54,769 nt of DNA from Methanobacteriota archaeon (GCA_009937025.1 JAACDG010000070.1:1-54769), one strand, 5' to 3'. Counted from the first letter of the stretch, positions 1 through 9,873 are shown. The notes: a model not told the origin generated them from the sequence alone. A program made the numbers and translations.

Positions 1-185
1 CACACACCATATGAGTAACCCTTCGGTATCTAATTCATGCCAATTCGGCTTCCACAGAAAACCGCCTCCTCAGGGACGGTTCTCCTCAGCCCTTCCCCCG
101 ATACATGGCGTACCAGGGTGCTTAAGCATCCTCCCGACTTACCACCTCTATATCAACGAATCGGTATGAGCACCGGAGAATACCC
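1..185 (-). ncRNA. Candidate structured non-coding RNA or RNA leader, family not recognised; probably continues beyond the window edge
   Basis: No long ORF on the minus strand. GC-richer than the flank. Minus-strand hairpins include CCCUGGUAC-GCCAU-GUAUCGGGG and CGGUUUUC-UGU-GGAAGCCG. Lies directly downstream of an AT-rich promoter-like block. Confidence 0.4.
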
Positions 186-336
186 GTAAAAAATGAACTG
201 TAAAAAGCATCATTGCTCTCCATTTGACTGTTGTAAAAATTTCTCATTCTCATGTATAAATTAAGGGCTAATTTTCAACCGATTTTCTCTTAAAAAAAGG
301 CAAAATATTCTCATGAAATATACTCAAAATCGAGAA
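186..336 (-). promoter_or_regulatory. AT-rich intergenic region with TATA-like boxes and short direct repeats
   Basis: Strongly AT-rich. TTTTTAC (minus strand) occurs at 186, 200 and 233; TTTATAC near 254-260; ATTCTCATG at about 246 and 307. Confidence 0.45.
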
Positions 337-1689
337 TTAATATTTCAATTTTAGCAGATTTGAGCGGATTGTTTCATCCTGTTGAACAAGATTGAGTATT
401 TTTACGGCCTGTCCACTTTCCCCAAGACTGACTAAAGATGCAGCTTCTAAATTTGCACTTTCAGAAGTCTTTGAATGGCTTTTCTCAAACATGTTAAGCA
501 GCGATAGAGCCTTCTCAGCACGTCCGCTTACAAGTAAAGCATGCGCTAAGTTGAGCAGTATTGTGGGGTTGGTTGGTGAGGTTTTTGCCGCCTCACGAAG
601 GGCAAGAATTGACGATTCAAATTGTGTTGAAGCAAGTTGTTGCACCTCAAGGTCCGTACTCTTCGCCATGACCAATGCACGTTGAAGCAATGCAAGACCA
701 TAATTGTTGAACACCGCAGAATCACCCGGCATTTTTGCAGCCATTTTTTGGAAAGCAATAGCAGCTTGAGCCCAAGATTCTTGACCGATGGCATAGAACC
801 CTTCAGCCAATGTATCTTCCAATTCAGGGAGGCCATCCAATCGAACGCCTATTGCCTTTGCAGGGTGAAGGTCAAGTGAAATAACTCCCGAATCTGGATG
901 TAAATCTTCACTGCTTGTCGTGTGAAGATATGCTTCATGGTGTTCATCAGTCGTGTGAACAACTTCGACAACTTCATCGTCCATTGCATAAATTTGTTCC
1001 ATGTCAACAGGTGAAGCATCAATACGCCACATATCAGGCACCTCTTCAAATGATGAGGGAACCTCTACTGGTTCTACAACCGAGTTCAGTGGGGCGAGAT
1101 CAACCGCAGCAATCCGCATAGGCTCTGGCTCCATGATTGTAGGTGAAGATTGAGGTTCAACGACTATTTCTGGAAGATTGACCATTACAGGTGCTTCGTC
1201 AAAGACAGCGGATTCAGAAGGGTGGGGAATTTGCGTTGCATCCTGTTGGCCCATTGCCGCAGTTTGAACAACTTCTTCCGGTGCGACCACTTCTTCAGCA
1301 ACCCTTGGTTCAATGGGCTTGGACTCGGATGCACTTGTGTGTTCACTGATGAGTGGTAGGGCTTCTTCAGTTTCATCAAATGGCATACCTCCAGAATAAC
1401 TACCGACACCAAATGGTAGACGTGAAATATGTGTGTTCGACTCTCCAGAATACCCAAACGGTAGGGCCCCTCCTGCCGTAGTGGATGTTTCCTCTTCTGA
1501 TTCAGTAGGTGCTTCGATTCCTTCGAGTTCATACCAAGAAGCAACAGCTTCATCCAGACCAGGCACTTCGCTAGGTAGCGTGGTTGTATCACCATCTTCC
1601 ATGGTCAAATCTACGAGAAGTAGACTCCCGCATGCAGGACATGCAGAACCTCCAAGCGAAAGTAATCCACATATTTTACACTCAAACAT
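337..1689 (-). CDS. Hypothetical protein: N-terminal zinc ribbon, long acidic linker, C-terminal TPR repeats
   Basis: MFECKICG...CPACG at the N-terminus; E/P-rich middle; TPR-like helices (AVFNNYGLALL, ILLNLAHALLVSGRAEKAL). Start refined to ATG 1689 to avoid overlap with the upstream gene. Confidence 0.75.
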   Translation of the reverse strand: MFECKICGLLSLGGSACPACGSLLLVDLTMEDGDTTTLPSEVPGLDEAVASWYELEGIEAPTESEEETSTTAGGALPFGYSGESNTHISRLPFGVGSYSGGMPFDETEEALPLISEHTSASESKPIEPRVAEEVVAPEEVVQTAAMGQQDATQIPHPSESAVFDEAPVMVNLPEIVVEPQSSPTIMEPEPMRIAAVDLAPLNSVVEPVEVPSSFEEVPDMWRIDASPVDMEQIYAMDDEVVEVVHTTDEHHEAYLHTTSSEDLHPDSGVISLDLHPAKAIGVRLDGLPELEDTLAEGFYAIGQESWAQAAIAFQKMAAKMPGDSAVFNNYGLALLQRALVMAKSTDLEVQQLASTQFESSILALREAAKTSPTNPTILLNLAHALLVSGRAEKALSLLNMFEKSHSKTSESANLEAASLVSLGESGQAVKILNLVQQDETIRSNLLKLKY

Positions 1690-1744
1690 GCACTGCCTCG
1701 GTACAACTAACGGGGTTAAGCACTTCAAATCAACGCTTCTGAGT

Positions 1745-3475
1745 TCATTCCTCAGAGTCAGAACGACCAGGGACATGGCGTGCCACGATGTCGACTAGAT
1801 TGTCGACAGCATCCATAAATTCCTCCGCATCATTGTCAACCAAGGAATCTGCGAAGTTCTTACCCTTCGAGCGGCCTCGGGCTACTTGCCAAATGATGCC
1901 AAACAGAGCCACTCCGATACAAACGAGTTTCCATACTGTCGCACCACCATCAGCACCCACGACATAGACGAGAATCATATAGAAAGACACGATTGTAGTT
2001 GTCAAGATCATAATTGGGAATCCGGCTTTGAAAAATTCATTAAATGAAATTGGGTAACCTGCTTCTTCAGCCATACCGGCTGTTACTACATTTGCTGAAG
2101 CGCCGATGAGCGTTCCATTACCCCCCAAACAAGCACCGAAGGCAAGCGCCCAAATCATTGGGCCAAGGTCGATGTTGAGGTCGTAAGCAATTTGCATGAC
2201 GACGGGTATCATCGTCGCGGTATATGGAATATTATCGATGAAAGCAGATGCAATTGCAGAAACCCAAAGGATGATTAAAACAGCTGCAGCGAGACGAACG
2301 TCATCTCCTTCTGCATCGGTTCCAAACATAGCAATACCTTTTGTCACATTGTCGCCAATAAACGTGATGACCCCTAGGAATCCAAGAGCGCCTATGAGGA
2401 CAAAAAGACCTGCAAAGAAGAGCAAGGTTGACCATTCTACGTGCTCGAGAGGTGCTTCCAATTCATGTCGATCTGTTGCCAGAAGCATAATTACAGCACC
2501 GACTAAAGCAATCCAAGAAACGGCAATGTGAGTGATTGGGTGGAGGAAGAAGTTCAGTACGACAAGGAACAAGATGGCCCCACTGACCTTGAGCATTGCC
2601 GCGTCTTTAATCCCATACTTTGATTCCAGTTCTGCAATATCTCGGATACGGCTTCCAGAAAATTCTTCTGCGTAAAACCACTTGAGAAACATGAAACTCG
2701 GCACCACGGTCATCAAAATACCTGGTGCCATTTCGATAATGAAATCGTTGAAATTTACTCCGGCACTTGCTAGGTCAGGATAACCGGCTTTCTCTATTGC
2801 AGCGGCTGAAAGACCTGAACCAATCATGATATTTGGCGGGTCACCGATCATGGTTGCTGCACCGCCAATATTCGAAAACAAGACTTCGGAAATGAGCAAA
2901 GGTATTGGCTTTATGTCAAGTACTTTAGCCAACTGAATAGTGACTGGAGTGAGCAGGAGCATCGTTGTAACATTATCTAAAAATGCAGAAAGGACAGCAG
3001 TGACGCTGCACAAAATAACAACGAGCGTCCATACCGAACCGCCGCTCTTTTTGTATGCTTGAACTGCAAACCATTCAAACAAACCAGTATGTGAAAGTAT
3101 TCCTACCATCACCATCATTCCGAGAAGGAGGCCGATTGTTTCCCAATCGATGAGCGTCGTGGCTTCTCCAAGAGTAAAGGCTTGTTCCGAGTAAAAGCCA
3201 AGAGCAATAATTGCAAGTAATCCACCAACTGCAGCGGCAAGTGTCCTGTGAACAATTTCAGTGATAATGAGTGCATACACGCCAAGTAAAATTCCTAAGC
3301 CGACCAGAATGGCTTGCGAATTTTCGATAGGTTGAAACGAAGCAGATGCCGAACCGCCACCTCCTGCCATAGAGGAAGTGGTAAACATCATAGTCCCAGT
3401 AAACGCTAACAGCCCGAGTCCAATGTATTGGGAGATGTGCCGACGGTTTCCACCAAGTACAATACTTGCCTTCAT
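1745..3475 (-). CDS. ArsB/NhaD (ion transporter superfamily, P-protein-like) permease
   Basis: About 13 hydrophobic segments; motifs IDWETIGLLLGMM, SAFLDNVTT, SNIGGAATMIGDPPN, SAFIDNIP, GGNGTLIGASAN. Confidence 0.9.
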   Translation of the reverse strand: MKASIVLGGNRRHISQYIGLGLLAFTGTMMFTTSSMAGGGGSASASFQPIENSQAILVGLGILLGVYALIITEIVHRTLAAAVGGLLAIIALGFYSEQAFTLGEATTLIDWETIGLLLGMMVMVGILSHTGLFEWFAVQAYKKSGGSVWTLVVILCSVTAVLSAFLDNVTTMLLLTPVTIQLAKVLDIKPIPLLISEVLFSNIGGAATMIGDPPNIMIGSGLSAAAIEKAGYPDLASAGVNFNDFIIEMAPGILMTVVPSFMFLKWFYAEEFSGSRIRDIAELESKYGIKDAAMLKVSGAILFLVVLNFFLHPITHIAVSWIALVGAVIMLLATDRHELEAPLEHVEWSTLLFFAGLFVLIGALGFLGVITFIGDNVTKGIAMFGTDAEGDDVRLAAAVLIILWVSAIASAFIDNIPYTATMIPVVMQIAYDLNIDLGPMIWALAFGACLGGNGTLIGASANVVTAGMAEEAGYPISFNEFFKAGFPIMILTTTIVSFYMILVYVVGADGGATVWKLVCIGVALFGIIWQVARGRSKGKNFADSLVDNDAEEFMDAVDNLVDIVARHVPGRSDSEE

Positions 3476-3525
3476 GAACACGCCTAATTAAATCATCATT
3501 TGAGTATTTCCTTGATAGCGCTTGC

Positions 3526-3792
3526 CTAACGCCAAAGAACGCCGACATTTCCTCGAGCCAAAACGACAATAGAATTCGTCTCTTCAGCCAAATGAGACCA
3601 TACATTTGCAATGTCTTTTCGTTCAAACAAACCTCGGTTTATTTTGATTTTTACCAAACTACGTTTTTGTAATTGTGCATCGATTTCCGAAATTAGAGTT
3701 TCAGTAATCCCAGACTTCCCAACACGGATACTGGGTTGGAATTCGCGCGACATAGCCTCTCGACGAATAGATTCTGGGATGTCCTTAGCCAT
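3526..3792 (-). CDS. yhbY: YhbY/CRM-domain RNA-binding protein
   Basis: PSIRVGKSGITETLISEIDAQLQKRSLVKIK matches the CRM signature; adjacent to Rpp21 as is common in archaea. Confidence 0.9.
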   Translation of the reverse strand: MAKDIPESIRREAMSREFQPSIRVGKSGITETLISEIDAQLQKRSLVKIKINRGLFERKDIANVWSHLAEETNSIVVLARGNVGVLWR

Positions 3793-3855
3793 GATAACCA
3801 AACCTTCCGAGTCGCCACTTGTTCATGTAGGTGACCGTTGTTCATGCTACCAAAT

Positions 3856-4203
3856 TCATGGATTCTGTATACGGTGATGTTGAGGGCCACCACCGTATCT
3901 CCGGATACTTGAACATTCTAAGCAGGTAACAACACGTTGACCTGCTAAAATTCGAACACGAATATTTTCGCCATACCGATGGGGTGCCAGGCAACGTCGG
4001 CAGAACAAGTGTCGGGCCTTTGACGGTATTGGGAGGCGATGTCGTTGAGATATCTTGACTAAATGTTGTGCGCTTGAAAGAACGATTTGTTCATCGTATT
4101 GCGAAGGGTTTTCGAGTATATTAATGAGCCGAACTTGGCTTGAACGGGCAATTGCTCGTCGGTCGATTTTACTTTGACGACGACGGTTGTTTCGAGAACT
4201 CAA
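3856..4203 (-). CDS. rnp4: Ribonuclease P protein component 4 (Rpp21/Rpr2)
   Basis: Zinc ribbon FCRRC...RVRI...VTCLECSSIRRY, basic composition, next to yhbY. Confidence 0.85.
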   Translation of the reverse strand: MSSRNNRRRQSKIDRRAIARSSQVRLINILENPSQYDEQIVLSSAQHLVKISQRHRLPIPSKARHLFCRRCLAPHRYGENIRVRILAGQRVVTCLECSSIRRYGGGPQHHRIQNP

Positions 4204-4212
4204 ACCCTCACC

Positions 4213-4842
4213 TCATTGATTTAATGCGACAAGAATATCTCCCGTTATCTCATCGATTGCACGGTCGCCATTTACTGCGTGGAAGATTCCTTTTGAGCGG
4301 TACCAGTCGGCGAGAGGTGAGGTTTGTTCGTGATAGGCGCCAAGACGTGAATTCACGGTTGTTTCGTTATCGTCAGCTCGTCTTTTCTCTTGCCATTGAC
4401 CACAATTACACCCACCACTTGCAACTGGATTGAAGGTGTCGTGATAGACACTGCCGCAACCTGCACACGAGTATCGCCCACAGATTCGCTCGACGATTCT
4501 CTCATCAGGAACTTCAATCGCAATAACATGCGTGACAGATGTGATTCCAGCCAAGGCTTCTGCTTGTGGAATAGTTCGAGGAAATCCATCAAACATGACG
4601 CCATTGGCTGCATCAGGCTCGAGGATTCGATCCTTGATCAAGTCGATGATGACTGCGTCAGGAACCAATTGCCCAGATTCCATGAATCCTTTCGCTACCA
4701 TACCAGTTTCTGTTCCTGCTTTGACTGCAGCACGTAACATATCGCCAGTAGAGACTTGAGGTAAACCAGTAGCGACCATGATTCTTTCTGCTTGAGTGCC
4801 TTTTCCAGCACCGGGTGGTCCAAACAATACAATACTGCTCAT
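4213..4842 (-). CDS. adk: Adenylate kinase (bacterial type, Zn-LID)
   Basis: GPPGAGKGTQ P-loop, STGDMLR, FDGFPRT, Cys-containing LID, RRADDNE. Confidence 0.96.
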   Translation of the reverse strand: MSSIVLFGPPGAGKGTQAERIMVATGLPQVSTGDMLRAAVKAGTETGMVAKGFMESGQLVPDAVIIDLIKDRILEPDAANGVMFDGFPRTIPQAEALAGITSVTHVIAIEVPDERIVERICGRYSCAGCGSVYHDTFNPVASGGCNCGQWQEKRRADDNETTVNSRLGAYHEQTSPLADWYRSKGIFHAVNGDRAIDEITGDILVALNQ

Positions 4843-4887
4843 GACACGCCCTAGTGGTGCATCATATTAGAGATACGCCCCGGAAAG

Positions 4888-4974
4888 TTACTGCCGGTCT
4901 AACCATTGTTGGCCATAATGTTGCCACTGTTCCATTGTCCAACCTTCGGGCAATCCAGATGCTGGCAAAGGCGG
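4888..4974 (-). repeat. C-terminal PPLP-GLPxGWT-QW module, copy 1
   Basis: Encodes PPLPASGLPEGWTMEQWQHYGQQWLDRQ-stop. Confidence 0.85.
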
Positions 4975-7900
4975 ACCTATCGAAGGTGCTGGCTCTTGAA
5001 GAGCAACAGGTGTTGGCATTGGCATCGGTTGTGGAATTGGAAGTAATGGCAGAGCCTTCGGTGGCATTCCTGCTGGAGGGAGTCCTTGTGGCATTGGGAG
5101 TGGCTTGAGAGATGCTGCTCCAGGTGGAAGCCCCATAGGTACGGCAGCAGGAGCAGTTGGCAAAGGCATTTGCAACGATTGAGCAAGCGCCGCTGCAATT
5201 TCATCAGACGATACTTCTCCACTCGCTATTTCATCAACAGCGTATCCAATGTCCAAAGCATCATCTCTTCGAGTGCCAAGATGATCTGGATTGACAAAGG
5301 CATCCGGTGCCACAAGTTCTTCTCCAGAGTCAGTTAATTCACCACTCTTTTTCATTCGTAGGGCTAGTACGACTGCACCTATGATGACAACACCTACCAA
5401 CGGCAAGGAAAGATAAAGTGGTAAGAAACTGAACAATCCTTTTGTCCCGGTCGCAGAATCGACAGATGATTCAATGGACAATGTTCCATAAACCGAATCT
5501 CCTGAATTCAATGTTATGGTCGTCATGACCTTTCCTTTTTGGGCGTTTTCGCTTGGTGTAAGTTCGACAACAAGAATTAGAACTTCGCCAACTGCAATTG
5601 AATCAACATTATTTGGTGTGCATGAAACAGACCAAGCCTTGGAAAGGTTACCATCTGCGTCTAAAACTTCACTGAGGACATCACCGCTTAACGGCACATT
5701 TCCGTCGTTTCGAATGACAATATTTTGACGGACAGTTTCTTCTCTTGAAACAAGGATAAACGGAGTGATGCTGGCATCCTCAACCGTAATATTCGCAAAG
5801 GATGATGCAAGAACTGAGACTTTGACGGACACTGAATATTGAATCATGCGCCCATCGTTATATCCAGATGCTGTGACAACCAATTCGAACGCCTCGGAAG
5901 TTGCAGGTGCATTGGCAGGAGGAATAAACCCAAGACGTACTGTTCGATTCTCTCTTGGCTCGAGATAGTTGCTTGGGTTTGCAAAACCGACTGTCCAACC
6001 ATCAGGAGCAAGTCCATTGCTCCAATTTAGCGTCAATGGAGCGTTACCTGTATTCGTAACGTTAAATTCTCCGAAGGAAAAGTCTGAGGAAATAACGGTT
6101 TCAATAACGCCAGATTCAGGACCGGTTAATTCCATTGAAAGGTCGTCTTTCACCTTGAGAACGGTCGTATTCGAAACAAATTGCTGGGCATTGAGTTCCG
6201 TCCGTATGACGAAATTATTTGTTTCGCCTTCCTCGGCAACGGGTGGTACTCCCAATACAAAATTGACTGTTGTAACTTCTCCGCCGGCCAAAGTAAGAGA
6301 AATCTGGCGACTGTCGAGTTGATCTTGATACTTGACCTGAATCGGCCAAAGAGGGTTGGAGGGTTGTATTATTACATCCAAATCTATTGCGGTATTGCCA
6401 GTGTTTTCAACAGTTAGATTGAGTGAAACTTGTTCGCCTGTATCAACCATGCAATTCCGATTGATTGCTGAAGGGCCAATTGGTCCGAGGTCATCATACA
6501 AATCTCCTTCAAAAGATTCCTGAGGAAGTACCAAGACATCAACGGATTGAGTAAAATTCATTTCAGCATCATTTTGTGAATTGACCCAACACGTTACTGT
6601 ATCGGTCGAACCAGAAACAGGAGCACCGTTAGAAACAGGGGGGACAAAGATGCGAATATACATAGGAAGAGACTCTTTGATGTTCAAAGGTTCAAATTCA
6701 AGTGTCGAAGAATTCGATGAGCCAAGCATAACTTGCCAACGATTTTCAGAGGTGCAAGATACGACATACTGCCCAGGAGTATTTCCAATGTTCATCACGG
6801 AGATAACGAAACCTGTTGAGTCTCCTGGTGCTGCAGATAAACCGCTTATTCCTGCTGCGCCAATGTTGACTGCATTCACTTCGGGAACAACGATGGTTAC
6901 ACGTTGTGTGTGAGATACAGTAGGTTGTGCCTGATATCGAGCGATGATATCAACAACAAAAGTTCCTGCCCGTGCATAACGAGGCGCAGAAGAATCAGAC
7001 AAGTCTGCATATTCATTCTCAAGGTGAACTGTAAGCATCTTGAAATCGCCTTCTTCACCTTGTCCTTCCACAATGTAAGGGCCAATCTCAGAAACCGTCT
7101 TGGTCCAATAATCTTCAGGAGCAAGTAAGAAATCGGGTCGCCCCGGTTGAGGCATTTGTACATTGGTTACCGAAAGAGTAACACTTTGTTGGCCTGTTCC
7201 TTCATGAAGAATGTGTATTGGAATATCAATGCCAGTGTCATTGAGTACATCGAAGACTTTCATTGCTGAATCTGCCCGTGCTTCCGGTGTCGTTGGGGCA
7301 ATTCCTGAGGCATCTAAAGCGACAACACGGACCCCAAGAGCTGTTACTTCTATGTCTTGAGTCCACACATTGTTGTTTACACCATTGACACCATCGTTCA
7401 TTTCTGGTACTTGATTGAGCGTATCAATACTGAGTCGTAATGAATGAGTGCCTGTTGAAGTAAACTGATGCTGAAGTAAAAACGAATCAACAATTCCTGG
7501 CCCAAGTCCTGGGCGGTCAGCATCGAATAATGTTTCATTCGTAGTAAGGTCTTCAAGGGTAACATGGAAGGTTCCAGAGGATAAAGTACCTTGATTAATC
7601 CAACCTAATTGTAAGGTGATTAAATCATTCTTGAGTGGTTCTTGTGATGAAGGAACGATGCTTCCATTATATGTTGCCAAATCGGATTGTGGGTTTGATG
7701 TAGCATTCGCAACCAAAACGAGTCCAAAGGATTGGGTGGTGCCTCCTCGATGCATTACTTTAACCTGCCATTGCCCAGATGCAGTAAGAACGCCTGGTGC
7801 AACTTTAATCCGTTCGACATTGTTGATGGTATCAGCAACACCACCTGTTGTCGAAAAGCCAGATGTGAAATCGTTACCAAGCCACTCGTTTCCAGATGGG

Positions 7901-9837
7901 TCAACGAGAATCAAATCCAAGTCATTCACCAATCGAGAATTCGCTTGAGCAGCGTTTGCACTCCCCTCCTCATCAGACCATACCAGCGTCATATCAATTC
8001 CATGACTTGGGTCAAGAGTAAATGCATAGAGTAATCCAAATCCAGCATCCAATTGTTTGTTGTGATCGATGAAAGTATCCAGAGGGGTTGCTCCATCCAT
8101 TGGTAAAACCGTTCTTTCAAGGTCGATTTGACCCCATCCTTCGAGAGCGTTTGGAATATCAGGAGCTCCCAAATCCGTTGCTCCATTGATGACAACTGCT
8201 TTGATTAAAGCTGCAGAGGGGGAGTTAATTCCCAGTTCCTCGCGCAAGAATTCACGCACAAGTGCTGTTGCTCCTCCAGCAATGGCAGTCGCATGTGAAG
8301 AACCAGAGAGCGACATGTAAAGACTACTACCGTCGGAATGTGTACCTGTGCCACATCCAAATCCAGTGGGGGATTTGGCTTCTTCTGCAAGTCCCGAACA
8401 AATGTCCATTCCCGGGGCAACAATGTCAGGCTTAATTCGACCATCGAGGCTTGGCCCTTGGCTCGAGATATTAGAAACACTGCCGGTTAATGCACCGGTA
8501 TGAGTTGTCCCAACTGCAAGAACGTTTTTCGCGGTTGCTGGAGCAGATACTTGAGACGACCCTTGGCTACCCCGGTCTCCAACTGAGAAGAGAGGTAGAA
8601 CAGTATTTTTGTCACTTACAAGCAAATCTACAGAACGTGAATCAGCGGTATAATGCCCATAATTTCCATTTGAGCCCCAAGCATTGATGGCGATACGAGC
8701 AGTTTTCTGTTCTGCATCGTTAAGTAAGTCGTAGATTGAACCAAGCCGACCAAAAACTCCGGTTGGGTCGTGTTCAAGTGCATACATGACGAGGTTAGCA
8801 GCAGGTGCAATACCTTGTGCTGATGTATCACCTGAGCCATCTCCAAGAGCGGAAAGAGTAACGTGGGTTCCATGCCCAGTATTGGTATCGGACGGTGAAG
8901 GGTCAAGTCCAAATTGGGTGTAAACACCTGCAACTCGACCGACGATATCAGGGTGATCTTGGTCCAACCCTGTATCTGTAATGGCAATTGTTTCACCAGA
9001 GCCGTCAAGAGTGAAAGGCGCATTTGTGGCGATACCAGTTTGGCCAATTATAGCACCAGCAACTGCATTGTGCAGGACAAGACCCGTTGTTGGCTCGGTC
9101 CAAATAATACGACCATCGTGCATGATATTGTTGAGAAGAAGTGATTGGAATTGAGAGTCAAAGTGTATTTCACACAATCCTACACCGCACCATGCCTCAT
9201 TCGCACCCATTTTGACTAAGTCGAGACTGAGGGTGTCAAAACCTCCGATAGCAAGGTCAGATGAAGGCACGAGTGCCAAATGGGTTACTGATGATGGTTC
9301 GAGAAGCGAGGAATGTATTCGCCAACCAGGGTGCTGTACGCCAGCCCAACGTACACGTTCATCGTTTTGTAACTCTTCAAGAGATGAGAGAGGGGGTGAA
9401 GCGAGGCGAATGAGCCAGCCTTCATCGGCAATAAAGTCCAAAGGCGTGATGGAATATTCCTTCACCAGTTGCTCAAGAACGACACCATCATGCTGATGCA
9501 ATTGAATCAATGCAAGAGCCGATTGAGCCGGGTCGTTCAGGTCCGTATATTGTGAATGCAAGTTTGGGCCATCAGAAACCAAAGGGTCAAATTCGCCGGA
9601 TTGGAGACGCAAAATCCCACTTGATGGACGCAATTCTACATCCAAAATGGGGATAGGTTCTGCTCGGTTCCAAAGAGTTGTAGCAAGTTCAAGGCGTTCC
9701 GATTGTGAAGTCTTGTTTGGCTCATCGAGTTGTAAATCCAAGACAGGAGTTGGCTCGGATTGGAGAACTGGACTTAGAGAAGTCAGTAACAGCAAGAAGA
9801 GCATCAAAACTGGGCGCCGCATTTCTTGCATGGTCAT
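4888..9837 (-). CDS. Membrane-anchored S8 (subtilisin, Kp43-like) serine peptidase with CARDB/Ig-like stalk, C-terminal TM and Pro-rich GWT tail
   Basis: Signal peptide; ITDTG, HGTHV and SGSSHA catalytic motifs; SSQGP..DGRIKPD; LVNDLDL...NNVE C-domain; repeated V.NTGN Ig-like modules; TM (LPLYLSLPLVGVVIIGAVVLAL); Pro-rich tail. Confidence 0.9.
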   Translation of the reverse strand: MTMQEMRRPVLMLFLLLLTSLSPVLQSEPTPVLDLQLDEPNKTSQSERLELATTLWNRAEPIPILDVELRPSSGILRLQSGEFDPLVSDGPNLHSQYTDLNDPAQSALALIQLHQHDGVVLEQLVKEYSITPLDFIADEGWLIRLASPPLSSLEELQNDERVRWAGVQHPGWRIHSSLLEPSSVTHLALVPSSDLAIGGFDTLSLDLVKMGANEAWCGVGLCEIHFDSQFQSLLLNNIMHDGRIIWTEPTTGLVLHNAVAGAIIGQTGIATNAPFTLDGSGETIAITDTGLDQDHPDIVGRVAGVYTQFGLDPSPSDTNTGHGTHVTLSALGDGSGDTSAQGIAPAANLVMYALEHDPTGVFGRLGSIYDLLNDAEQKTARIAINAWGSNGNYGHYTADSRSVDLLVSDKNTVLPLFSVGDRGSQGSSQVSAPATAKNVLAVGTTHTGALTGSVSNISSQGPSLDGRIKPDIVAPGMDICSGLAEEAKSPTGFGCGTGTHSDGSSLYMSLSGSSHATAIAGGATALVREFLREELGINSPSAALIKAVVINGATDLGAPDIPNALEGWGQIDLERTVLPMDGATPLDTFIDHNKQLDAGFGLLYAFTLDPSHGIDMTLVWSDEEGSANAAQANSRLVNDLDLILVDPSGNEWLGNDFTSGFSTTGGVADTINNVERIKVAPGVLTASGQWQVKVMHRGGTTQSFGLVLVANATSNPQSDLATYNGSIVPSSQEPLKNDLITLQLGWINQGTLSSGTFHVTLEDLTTNETLFDADRPGLGPGIVDSFLLQHQFTSTGTHSLRLSIDTLNQVPEMNDGVNGVNNNVWTQDIEVTALGVRVVALDASGIAPTTPEARADSAMKVFDVLNDTGIDIPIHILHEGTGQQSVTLSVTNVQMPQPGRPDFLLAPEDYWTKTVSEIGPYIVEGQGEEGDFKMLTVHLENEYADLSDSSAPRYARAGTFVVDIIARYQAQPTVSHTQRVTIVVPEVNAVNIGAAGISGLSAAPGDSTGFVISVMNIGNTPGQYVVSCTSENRWQVMLGSSNSSTLEFEPLNIKESLPMYIRIFVPPVSNGAPVSGSTDTVTCWVNSQNDAEMNFTQSVDVLVLPQESFEGDLYDDLGPIGPSAINRNCMVDTGEQVSLNLTVENTGNTAIDLDVIIQPSNPLWPIQVKYQDQLDSRQISLTLAGGEVTTVNFVLGVPPVAEEGETNNFVIRTELNAQQFVSNTTVLKVKDDLSMELTGPESGVIETVISSDFSFGEFNVTNTGNAPLTLNWSNGLAPDGWTVGFANPSNYLEPRENRTVRLGFIPPANAPATSEAFELVVTASGYNDGRMIQYSVSVKVSVLASSFANITVEDASITPFILVSREETVRQNIVIRNDGNVPLSGDVLSEVLDADGNLSKAWSVSCTPNNVDSIAVGEVLILVVELTPSENAQKGKVMTTITLNSGDSVYGTLSIESSVDSATGTKGLFSFLPLYLSLPLVGVVIIGAVVLALRMKKSGELTDSGEELVAPDAFVNPDHLGTRRDDALDIGYAVDEIASGEVSSDEIAAALAQSLQMPLPTAPAAVPMGLPPGAASLKPLPMPQGLPPAGMPPKALPLLPIPQPMPMPTPVALQEPAPSIGPPLPASGLPEGWTMEQWQHYGQQWLDRQ

Positions 9838-9873
9838 TCGTACTACCCTGCCCTTTTCAAAACGCCCCTTGGC

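Noticed and set aside
20-36. ATTAGATACC on the minus strand, resembling the conserved 16S rRNA 787 region
   Set aside because: The flanks do not continue the 16S consensus (GGATTAGATACCC.GGTAGTCC); a 10-nt match is insufficient.
40-155. Riboswitch or RNase P-like words (AUAGAGGUG, GCCGAA, CUGAGGAGA)
   Set aside because: Spacing and downstream consensus elements of lysine, TPP and glycine riboswitches and RNase P (GAGGAAAGUCC) are not met.
4390-4470. Adk LID with CxxC...CxC spacing
   Set aside because: Minor variant of the known Zn-LID; no sign of a new function.
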